A stretch of DNA of 31,498 nucleotides from an uncultured virus (IMG/VR IMGVR_UViG_3300006467_000155) (lineage: Duplodnaviria > Heunggongvirae > Uroviricota > Caudoviricetes): the IMG/VR virus record IMGVR_UViG_3300006467_000155; one strand, written 5' to 3'. Position numbers and translations under genes: made by a program. Shown here one piece after another: positions 17,797-24,929 of this stretch. Within the stretch, counting starts at the first letter, position 1. Each line of letters starts with the position of its first letter. The notes beneath the pieces were generated by a model. It searched no databases and had not been told where the DNA came from. It was given only the letters and a program-made list of their open reading frames with translations.

Positions 17797-18489
17797 TCAA
17801 TTGGCCGGGGTATAAGTTGCTTCTTTCAGTGCTGCCTTCCATTGGGAGTGCAATCCCCAAGTCTTTGAGCATGTTTCACCATAGCCCACTTTCAGGCTTT
17901 TTGGGTCGCTCAATTCCTTGTTGCAGAAGACACAGTTTCCGGAGAGCTTGCCCAACTCGGAGACCGTTTTGTGCGGGTCTTCCGACAACTTCTTCAGCAG
18001 GGCAGTAACGGTATCCAGTTGCTCGTCTTCCACCTTGGGATTCATTTTGAATTCGCCGGTAGGGTACACCGCTCCAAACCAGACATTGTTGCCATAAGGG
18101 CCCCCATCAGTGACATGGATGCCACCGTTGTACTTGGAGTGCTGGGACGCCACGCTGAGTTTCACTTTCTGCTCCCCGACTTTCAGGGTCAGCTTGGGGA
18201 GTGACTTCTGATTCGCCTTGGCGGTGTCCATGAGAGCAACGAGGCCGCTCAAGTTTCCAATGTTGGTGGTTGGTTTGTCTTCGGCCTGCTCGGGCATTAT
18301 GGCCTTCTGTGTGAGCTTGTCTACCCAAATCCATTGCTTCTCACTGAGGGTTCCTTTCTTCCGGAACTGGTCTTTCAGGGATACAGCAAAGCTCTTATCC
18401 GCCAAACGCTGGAATGCGTTAATGTCGATCAACTGCTCCAACGATTCAATGGCTTCAATGCACTGTTCTTTGGTTGCTGGCATGGTCAT
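17797..18489 (-). CDS. DUF6011-like zinc-ribbon protein
   Basis: C-terminal CVFCNKELSDPKSLKVGYGETC; N-terminal F..SL..QF...GTLSEKQ. Confidence 0.75.
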   Translation of the reverse strand: MTMPATKEQCIEAIESLEQLIDINAFQRLADKSFAVSLKDQFRKKGTLSEKQWIWVDKLTQKAIMPEQAEDKPTTNIGNLSGLVALMDTAKANQKSLPKLTLKVGEQKVKLSVASQHSKYNGGIHVTDGGPYGNNVWFGAVYPTGEFKMNPKVEDEQLDTVTALLKKLSEDPHKTVSELGKLSGNCVFCNKELSDPKSLKVGYGETCSKTWGLHSQWKAALKEATYTPAN

Positions 18490-18526
18490 GTGGTTACCCT
18501 CCGTGAAATTTGATGCCTACAGTGTC

Positions 18527-18555
18527 AGTATCGCCCACCCCGGCTAATTTGTCAA
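18527..18555 (-). promoter_or_regulatory. sigma70-type promoter TTGACA-N17-GATACT
   Basis: -35 at 18550-18555, -10 at 18527-18532. Confidence 0.85.
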
Positions 18556-18567
18556 ATAATAGCGCGT

Positions 18568-18605
18568 AAAAAACCCCCGCCAAAGGGGAAGTAAGACGGG
18601 GGTTT
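18568..18605 (-). terminator. Rho-independent terminator with a 13-nt pyrimidine-rich loop
   Basis: AAACCCCCGTC-TTACTTCCCCTTT-GGCGGGGGTTTTTT. Confidence 0.8.
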
Positions 18606-18640
18606 CGTGGTGTACCCAAATGGAGAAAACCCATAACCAC
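18568..18640 (-). ncRNA. Candidate ~73-nt small RNA
   Basis: Lies between a promoter-like TTGCAA(18670-18675)-N17-GATACT(18647-18652) and the terminator; 5' GUGGU/ACCAC stem; no SD-led ORF. Confidence 0.45.
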
Positions 18641-18657
18641 GCTCAAAGTATCGTACA

Positions 18658-19938
18658 TCACATCAGGTATTGCAACTCTTGTTCTTGCTCCATGGACAAA
18701 TCAATTTCTGAGAAGTCCACCCCCTTAAAGTCCCAATTCATCCAGAAGCCCCCGCACTCTCCCGACCGGCCTTTCAGAATGCTCATGTACTTGCGGTGCA
18801 GGGATTCAATGTTCTCCTCCTGCAGTAAGCCCATGACCACACTACTGTTCTGGCCAACGGCGTCCGCGCCGGCAATATCTTCCAGCCCTACGTCCATCGG
18901 GTCTTTCTTGAGTTTCTTGGCCGCTTCCCGGTTGAACTGGTAAGTCGCCACCACCGGGATATTCAATTCCGTGGACAGGAATCTCTTAATCCCATTGGAT
19001 GTGTCCGCTACCCTCTCCCAGCCCATGGCCCTACGGTTCTCCGCTTGCAGCAGGTAGGCACCGTCAATGTAAATCACCGAGGGCTTCAACTGCAGTGCCA
19101 GATTGAACAGGTCTTCCACCGAAGCGGCGAGGTTACCGTTCACGATCCAAAACGGCGTGTCATAGCTTTTGATGCCTTTCAATCCAGTGAACAGCTTGTT
19201 CTTCTGGATCGTGCTCATCTCCGCGTTTTTGATGTAGGTCGGGTTGATGTGCATCATCATGGCCGACAACCGTTGCTGGATAGGCAGCGGTATCATTTCC
19301 ATGGAGACCATCATGGGTACGCTTTTCTGAGTCACCCACCCCCGCAGTGCGGAGTGCAACAGGGCCCACGTCTTACCCTGACCCGGGCGACCAAGGATGG
19401 ATACAACGTCACCCCCGACCATGCCTCCGGAGAATTCGTCCGCCGTTTCCCAGCCCAAACGTATGGCCCCGTCATACAAGCCTTTTACCTTGGCAATGTA
19501 ATCCGCGTGCAGGGTGTCGTGTGCGTCCCGAAAGTCCACCACGTCCGACCGGTTGTTCATGAACCTGAGCTTGGCAATGGTGTCGGACAGCTTCTCCATG
19601 GCCGTGTCCGGGTTGAAGTCAGTGAGCTTCTTGTCAAGGTAAGCCTGACTCTCCTTCATTCCCTTTTTCAGGTTCTCGAACAGGTACCGCTCCCGCACCT
19701 TGTCAGCGTAGAACTGGGGCGGCTCAGTGGTGTTCGATTGCGAGAATTCCGGGAACTCCTTTTTCACCACCCCCAAGTCCGGAATCTTGGAGTACTTCTG
19801 AATGTGGTGCTTCACGAACAGGTACAACTCCTGTTCGGTTTCCTTCAGCCACTCGGGCTGCAACTGCAGATTAAGGGCGTCCTCAATCTCATTGGTCAGT
19901 ATGGCCGAGACCATATCATAGCCAACAGAAATCCCCAT
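18658..19938 (-). CDS. DnaB-like replicative helicase
   Basis: GRPGQGKT, VSMEM, IYIDGAYL, IPVVATYQFNR, IAGADAVGQ, ILKGRSGE. Confidence 0.92.
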   Translation of the reverse strand: MGISVGYDMVSAILTNEIEDALNLQLQPEWLKETEQELYLFVKHHIQKYSKIPDLGVVKKEFPEFSQSNTTEPPQFYADKVRERYLFENLKKGMKESQAYLDKKLTDFNPDTAMEKLSDTIAKLRFMNNRSDVVDFRDAHDTLHADYIAKVKGLYDGAIRLGWETADEFSGGMVGGDVVSILGRPGQGKTWALLHSALRGWVTQKSVPMMVSMEMIPLPIQQRLSAMMMHINPTYIKNAEMSTIQKNKLFTGLKGIKSYDTPFWIVNGNLAASVEDLFNLALQLKPSVIYIDGAYLLQAENRRAMGWERVADTSNGIKRFLSTELNIPVVATYQFNREAAKKLKKDPMDVGLEDIAGADAVGQNSSVVMGLLQEENIESLHRKYMSILKGRSGECGGFWMNWDFKGVDFSEIDLSMEQEQELQYLM

Positions 19939-19941
19939 GCG

Positions 19942-20535
19942 TCACCCCACCATGTAGTAATGATTTTTGATGTGTTCGGCAAGCATCTGCCCGTAGTCCC
20001 GGGCCAGCTTGGTCATGTCGTCCACGTAGATCACCGTCTGAACTCCCCGGCTGAATCGGGACAGCATGGCCCCGGACAGCATGGATACCTGCCACTCGGG
20101 GAGCTTGCCCCCACTGTCACGCGGGAGGTAGAAGTTCGGCACCAGTAGTGTGGAGCACATTGGGGTGTCGTCGTCTTTCACGGCTTGGATGATTTCTTGC
20201 ACCGTCATGACTTTGGCGTCGATGTAATTTCGGATCAGGGCCCCGGCAATCGCCATCATGCGGTCTTCGACACGGTTCACCTGATTCGTGTAGGCCATGC
20301 CGGCAACGCCTTTGTCTGCCCAGCCGTGGTAGCCCTTCACCCAACCAATGTCTGCCTCGTCGCAATACTTGTCCAGCGGACAGGTGTGGACATACAGGGC
20401 CGGGATACGGGCTTGGCCGCAAACCTTCTCGATGTTCTCCACCAGCTTGCGGTGGTGCTTTGGCACCAGTAGCCCGGGATCATAGTACTTGGCGTACTTC
20501 TCCCGGTGTTTCTTGTCGTCAAGGATCACAGTCAT
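19942..20535 (-). CDS. Degenerate DnaC/IstB-like helicase loader
   Basis: Sits between initiator and DnaB; ARIP..Y, AIAGAL, MTVQEII, LLV, W....L.....R......T.I......L...YG follow the DnaC layout, but Walker A and B are missing. Confidence 0.55.
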   Translation of the reverse strand: MTVILDDKKHREKYAKYYDPGLLVPKHHRKLVENIEKVCGQARIPALYVHTCPLDKYCDEADIGWVKGYHGWADKGVAGMAYTNQVNRVEDRMMAIAGALIRNYIDAKVMTVQEIIQAVKDDDTPMCSTLLVPNFYLPRDSGGKLPEWQVSMLSGAMLSRFSRGVQTVIYVDDMTKLARDYGQMLAEHIKNHYYMVG

Positions 20536-20536
20536 A

Positions 20537-21397
20537 TCAGAACTCCGGGATGTGGGCTTTGGGTTTGCCGGTTCCGTTTGACGTTAATGTCACAGGTTTC
20601 TTGGCCTGCTCCTTGTGCCACGAAATCGCATCCTCGATCCGCCACAGCAGGAAGCCAATCTGAGGCTCCTCAGGGGCCTTGATACCCAAACCCTGCACGT
20701 AGTACGCAAAGTCTCCCCAATCACCTACAGCGGCAGCCAGAAGTGTCTTCGCCGGCTCAAAACCAACCCGGTTAACCATGTGTCCGAGTTGCCCACGCTG
20801 GGCAGCAGTCAGGGCCGCCACAAACGAATCTGGGTCAAAGGACAGGATCGCTTCTCGCCATTCCTGTTCCAGTGCCCCGATCATGGTCTGCTTCTTCGAC
20901 TTCGGCAATTTCTTCCATTCCTTGTTTCCAACAATATCACTGAGGGTAGCCACGTTCGTTTTCTCCTTCCCACCGACCAGAGTTAATTTCGGTTTCCCCG
21001 GCTTCGGAGAGCCTTGGTTCACTTCCGGTTCCTCTGACGGTTCTACTGACGGTTCTATTAATGGGTCATGGTGACTCATACTATGGGTCATGGTGACGCA
21101 TTCCATGGCGCAGGATGACTCATTCAATGGGTCACAGTGACTCATAGCTTTCATATTCAGGGTATACGAATTTCGCATCTTTTTGCTGGTGACGGTGATC
21201 AATCCCGCTTTCTTCAGGGAGGAAATTGCTCGGGTCACTGAGCTACGGGACAACCCGGTCAGGGTCATCATCCGGTCCACGGAGGGCCAACAGACACCTT
21301 TGCTATTGGAATGCTCTGCCAGACACAGCAGAACCAATTTTGCGGATACAGTCGGTAAAGAGACACGCCAAGCGGCGTCTCGGTGGTCTTTTGACAT
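20537..21397 (-). CDS. Replication initiator with N-terminal winged HTH (lambda O-like organisation)
   Basis: AKLVLLCLAEH.N..G.CWPS......TGLSRSSV.RAI..L...GLI; internal iterons; followed by loader and helicase genes. Confidence 0.8.
   Translation of the reverse strand: MSKDHRDAAWRVSLPTVSAKLVLLCLAEHSNSKGVCWPSVDRMMTLTGLSRSSVTRAISSLKKAGLITVTSKKMRNSYTLNMKAMSHCDPLNESSCAMECVTMTHSMSHHDPLIEPSVEPSEEPEVNQGSPKPGKPKLTLVGGKEKTNVATLSDIVGNKEWKKLPKSKKQTMIGALEQEWREAILSFDPDSFVAALTAAQRGQLGHMVNRVGFEPAKTLLAAAVGDWGDFAYYVQGLGIKAPEEPQIGFLLWRIEDAISWHKEQAKKPVTLTSNGTGKPKAHIPEF
20579..20592. repeat. One-mismatch copy of the palindrome (TGACGTTAATGTCA)
   Basis: 13/14 match near the 3' end of the initiator gene. Confidence 0.6.
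21034..21148. repeat. Putative replication origin: four 22-bp iterons plus a 2x12-bp repeat
   Basis: Units start at 21061, 21083, 21105 and 21127 (consensus ATGGGTCATGGTGACTCAT); CTGACGGTTCTA twice at 21034-21057. Confidence 0.75.
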
Positions 21398-21411
21398 TGA
21401 TTCTTCCCCTT

Positions 21412-21440
21412 AAAAAACCCCGGGAGGGTCAGACCCGGGG
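21412..21440 (-). terminator. Rho-independent terminator directly upstream of the initiator RBS
   Basis: CCCCGGG-TCTGACCCT-CCCGGGG-TTTTTT. Confidence 0.75.
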
Positions 21441-21463
21441 GACAACAACAGCAGCAGGCAGGA

Positions 21464-22090
21464 TTATTCTTCGTGGTCGCTACCGCCAGCCATGGGCGGT
21501 GCCTTGTAGCCACCCAGCGGCGGCTGCTTCATGAGGGAATCAAAGTGACCCTTGTCTTCTTGCTTCTCAGCTTCCTGAGGTTGATCCTGAGTCTTCATGA
21601 ACTGCTCAGGGATGGAACCGTACATCTTGTCGAAGGTCGGTTGGAGCTTGCTCAGGCAGTACTGAAGAAGCTGGTTCTTCCGTTGCTCGAAGCTCAGGTC
21701 ATCCTTGGTCAGGTCTTCCATCAACTCGTCCAAGAACTGGGGCAGAATCTTGGAGAACACATCGTCAATCTGGGCCTTGTCCGGAATGTCGGTAGTGGTG
21801 CTGATGGTGTGCAGCTTCATGAATGAGCAGCGGCTTCCGCTTTTCTTCAGGAAGTTCTCTGACAGGTTGGGGAAGCTGGCCGTTGCCTCGGTTGCTCCAT
21901 TGGGGCCAGAGACCCGGACCCGGAAGCCGATCATCAGGGCCTTGCCGCAATAACCGATACCTGAGGGGCCGTACATGCCGCCCTGACGCATGAGGGGCTT
22001 GATGCCCACGTACATGCCGTTCTTGGTACCAACACGGAGGTAATCCATGTTGCCCTCACTGCCTTTCTCGAAATTATGATCTGAAAACAT
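21464..22090 (-). CDS. Hypothetical protein
   Basis: ORF with AAGGAG RBS, own promoter and terminator. Confidence 0.75.
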   Translation of the reverse strand: MFSDHNFEKGSEGNMDYLRVGTKNGMYVGIKPLMRQGGMYGPSGIGYCGKALMIGFRVRVSGPNGATEATASFPNLSENFLKKSGSRCSFMKLHTISTTTDIPDKAQIDDVFSKILPQFLDELMEDLTKDDLSFEQRKNQLLQYCLSKLQPTFDKMYGSIPEQFMKTQDQPQEAEKQEDKGHFDSLMKQPPLGGYKAPPMAGGSDHEE

Positions 22091-22126
22091 AAGGTCTTCT
22101 CCTTGCGGGTTTGGGTATTCGTATTC

Positions 22127-22155
22127 AGTCTTACACTGGGTTACACGTTTGTCAA
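22127..22155 (-). promoter_or_regulatory. sigma70-type promoter variant TTGACA-N17-AAGACT
   Basis: Same TTTGACAAAC -35 context as the others; -35 overlaps the AAA gene stop. Confidence 0.65.
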
Positions 22156-23360
22156 ATGTACTTTTTCGAGTGTTCTTTGATTTTCTGGTGCACCACCTCC
22201 GTCACGTCTGCATGAGCCCACTGTTCTTTTGGGTTCAGTGAGTTTTTACCCATAGGGAAAATTTCATCAATCTCTCCCAGCACGTCCTTCTCCAATCCGT
22301 CCAGCAGCCCAAAGGTGTCGAGGACATTCTTGGCGAATTCATTGGCATCTGAGCAATTCATGGGCGGCATGTTGATGGCCGCGTCCACCCTACCGGGTCT
22401 GTAGACCTCCGGGGGCAGGCTTTTCTTGTGGTTGGTGGTCATGACCGTCAGTACCCGGGTGCGGTGTTCCTGCAGCCACCAGAGCAGGTATCCGAGGATT
22501 CTGCCGGTGGTCTCGTGCTCACCCGATGAGTTGAAGGCCTTTTCTACCTCGTCAATCAGCATTACACAGGGTGCCTCCTGATCAATCTGGTTCAGGGCCC
22601 GTTTCAGGTTGGACTCTGCATCGCCGAGCCACTTGCTCATCACCCCGGACAAGTCAAGCCGGTACAGGGGAACGCCAAGGGTTTTGGCAATGTACTTGGC
22701 CCCCATGGTTTTACCAGTGCCGGGGGGACCATCCAGCAACAGGCCACGCGGGGTCAGCCGCTCGTCCTCATCCAAGGACTTGAAGAAGTGGGTGTTCACA
22801 TCCAGCCATTTTCCGAGGTCTGGATTCACCCGGTAATAATCGAAATCGGCATACACCGGTTCCACCCCTTTCATGGGCGGGGAGAACTGACTGCGGGAGA
22901 GCGCCAAGCCCCGGGGGCTCAAGATGTCGTCCCTCGCTAGAGTGAGCAATATAAGCTCTTTGAGGTCTTTTAAAGTCAACCCCCCGGTGTAGGGTAGGTA
23001 GTCAGCGTGATCGTCCGTGTATTCCTTCAGGAGGTCTTTTATCAGGGCCTCAGGGGTGGGGAGTGAGCCCGCATCGTAGATCAGGGGGGACTCAATATCC
23101 GTGTTCACCAGAACCACACATTTCTTGGCCGTTTGGGTTGCCCGGTACACGCTCTCAGGCGAGTCTTCCAAGGTGGCCCCCATCAGATACCACTTGTTGG
23201 ACTGGGCCGGCGTAGTGCTTTTCAGTGCTGGTGGCAGGCCAATGCTACCCTCCAACCCCAACAGGTGTTCCAGTACCAACTTCACATTGATGGTGTCAGT
23301 GGTGGTCACCGAAATCAGGGGTATCTTGGCCTTGAGAGCCATGGTCAATTTATCAGCCAT
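22152..23360 (-). CDS. AAA+ ATPase (Ycf46/SpoVK-like)
   Basis: PRGLLLDGPPGTGKT, LYRLDL, APCVMLIDEVEKAF, MTTN, LPPEVYRPGRVD; start at ATG 23360. Confidence 0.9.
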   Translation of the reverse strand: MADKLTMALKAKIPLISVTTTDTINVKLVLEHLLGLEGSIGLPPALKSTTPAQSNKWYLMGATLEDSPESVYRATQTAKKCVVLVNTDIESPLIYDAGSLPTPEALIKDLLKEYTDDHADYLPYTGGLTLKDLKELILLTLARDDILSPRGLALSRSQFSPPMKGVEPVYADFDYYRVNPDLGKWLDVNTHFFKSLDEDERLTPRGLLLDGPPGTGKTMGAKYIAKTLGVPLYRLDLSGVMSKWLGDAESNLKRALNQIDQEAPCVMLIDEVEKAFNSSGEHETTGRILGYLLWWLQEHRTRVLTVMTTNHKKSLPPEVYRPGRVDAAINMPPMNCSDANEFAKNVLDTFGLLDGLEKDVLGEIDEIFPMGKNSLNPKEQWAHADVTEVVHQKIKEHSKKYI

Positions 23361-23562
23361 TGTCGTCCTCGATAGCTTTGCGGGTGAAGTGCAGGTCATC
23401 TTCCAGAAAGGCAAGGTCTTGGGTCAGCAGGTCAGCAGTTGACTTGCAGCCTATGGCCTGTGCTTCCCGGATTTCTTTTTTGAGTGCGAAAATCTGGGCC
23501 TTCAGGTTCTCAACCCTGTTGGCCCGGAATTCGTTAAGTGCGATAGCGGTCATTGAAGTCAT
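23353..23562 (-). CDS. Small coiled-coil hypothetical protein
   Basis: AAGGAGGG RBS before ATG 23562, downstream of the promoter. Confidence 0.65.
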   Translation of the reverse strand: MTSMTAIALNEFRANRVENLKAQIFALKKEIREAQAIGCKSTADLLTQDLAFLEDDLHFTRKAIEDDNG

Positions 23563-23598
23563 TTGGCAACCCTCCTTGAATTTGTTTGCCTTACGATC

Positions 23599-23627
23599 AG
23601 TATCGCGCACCCGTATTAGTTTGTCAA
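23599..23627 (-). promoter_or_regulatory. sigma70-type promoter TTGACA-N17-GATACT
   Basis: -35 at 23622-23627, -10 at 23599-23604. Confidence 0.85.
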
Positions 23628-23634
23628 ATTATAT

Positions 23635-23648
23635 TGACATTAATGTCA
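23635..23648. promoter_or_regulatory. 14-bp palindrome TGACATTAATGTCA
   Basis: Exact copy, 7 bp upstream of the -35; overlaps the upstream stop codon. Confidence 0.8.
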
Positions 23649-24929
23649 GAGCACCACCAAGTCCGCAAGGATCGTGTTGGCTCCTGAGAGCTTCGCCAGC
23701 ATGGCTGCTTCTGTACCTGAGTACACGTAGCGGCTGCCTGCGAGTTCCACGATCAGGGGCTTGCTGCCGCCACCCTCGTAAGCTGTCTGCAGGTCTTCCA
23801 AACGAACCTGATCAGTGATCGCTTTCAACTGCCCAACCACTACTTCTTGCTCCACGGCAGAATCGGTCAGGAACCCAAGCTCCTGCAGGTCGTCCAGTTC
23901 TTCCTTCACATCCGGACTGGCCACTTCCATGTTCACCTTCACGCGGCTGCCGGCTGTCGATGGCTTACCATCTACGGTCCTGCGCTCAAGGTCATTGGTC
24001 AGTTCAGTGAAGCTGTCTGGTGCAGTAGTGAGGGTCTGTACCGGTGTCTGTTCTTCAATCTCCACGACACTGCCTTCCTCGGCCAGCAGACCACGACACC
24101 CCGGGTGATACGGAGGGATGTTGTAGCCTGCCTGTTCAAGCTCGGACATGCTCATTTTCTTCATGTCCGCAATGGCCTGAGCGTTCTGCTTCGGGAACGG
24201 GGCCATGGTCTTCAGGTCGTCGGGGTTGTCCACTTCCAGCAACCGGGACAGGGTGCCATAGGCCCGCTCAACCTCGAACGTCTTACCGTGCATATACCGG
24301 CAGACAGGGCAGGTCCGGGAGTCCAGCATCTCGTCCACTTGGAACCGCTCAATACCAGTGACCATGGCCTCCACGGTGAACCCGTAGTTCGACAGGCGAG
24401 AGGTATGCAGGGAGGCTGCCGCACTGATGGTGTCATCCCCGGCCTTTTCCACCTGATCCATGTACTCGTCCAAGGTCTTGATCTTGTCCGCTTTCTGAAA
24501 CACCAACCGGTCGTCGGCATTGGCCTTCTGACGCTCGGCGGCAGACAGGGCGGCGTAGGCCACTTTCTTGATGGTCTTCCGGGCTTCCATCAGGAACATT
24601 TCGAGTTGCTTGGTCCCCTTCAGAGCCGCTTCCGGTGTCTGCTTTGGTCCAGTCATGAAACTGGTTTCTTCCAAGGGCCGGACCCGGCTGGCACCAAACA
24701 ACAAGGCTGAAGTGCTGATGTAGACGAGGTACTGGTGCATCCCTTTGTAGAGGGCGTCCAGTTCGTCCAGCGATTCGATCACATCCTGAGCCGTGATGGG
24801 GTCATCATCAGCAATGGCTTTCTTCAACTTGGCTTTGATGGGGGCAAACTGGCGCTTCCACCGAGGCACCAGCCTGTCCGTCACCGACTTTTCAAGGATC
24901 AGGAAATTCTCGGGCTTAGGAGTCGCCAC
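23646..24929 (-). CDS. Head morphogenesis protein (MuF/SPP1 gp7 family) with C-terminal extension
   Basis: LDSRTCPVCRYMHGK and PPYHPGCRG; directly after the portal gene; GTG 24929 with GGAGG RBS. Confidence 0.85.
   Translation of the reverse strand: MATPKPENFLILEKSVTDRLVPRWKRQFAPIKAKLKKAIADDDPITAQDVIESLDELDALYKGMHQYLVYISTSALLFGASRVRPLEETSFMTGPKQTPEAALKGTKQLEMFLMEARKTIKKVAYAALSAAERQKANADDRLVFQKADKIKTLDEYMDQVEKAGDDTISAAASLHTSRLSNYGFTVEAMVTGIERFQVDEMLDSRTCPVCRYMHGKTFEVERAYGTLSRLLEVDNPDDLKTMAPFPKQNAQAIADMKKMSMSELEQAGYNIPPYHPGCRGLLAEEGSVVEIEEQTPVQTLTTAPDSFTELTNDLERRTVDGKPSTAGSRVKVNMEVASPDVKEELDDLQELGFLTDSAVEQEVVVGQLKAITDQVRLEDLQTAYEGGGSKPLIVELAGSRYVYSGTEAAMLAKLSGANTILADLVVL

Noticed and set aside
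19045..20148. Long plus-strand ORFs (19045-20148, 23847-24710, 24793-25668, 14976-15764 and others)
   Set aside because: They lie antisense to well-supported genes, have no recognisable motifs, and no plus-strand promoter was found; consistent with codon-bias shadows.
21061..21148. 22-bp repeats as a mini CRISPR array or coding repeat
   Set aside because: The units are contiguous without spacers and the period is not a multiple of 3; iterons fit better.
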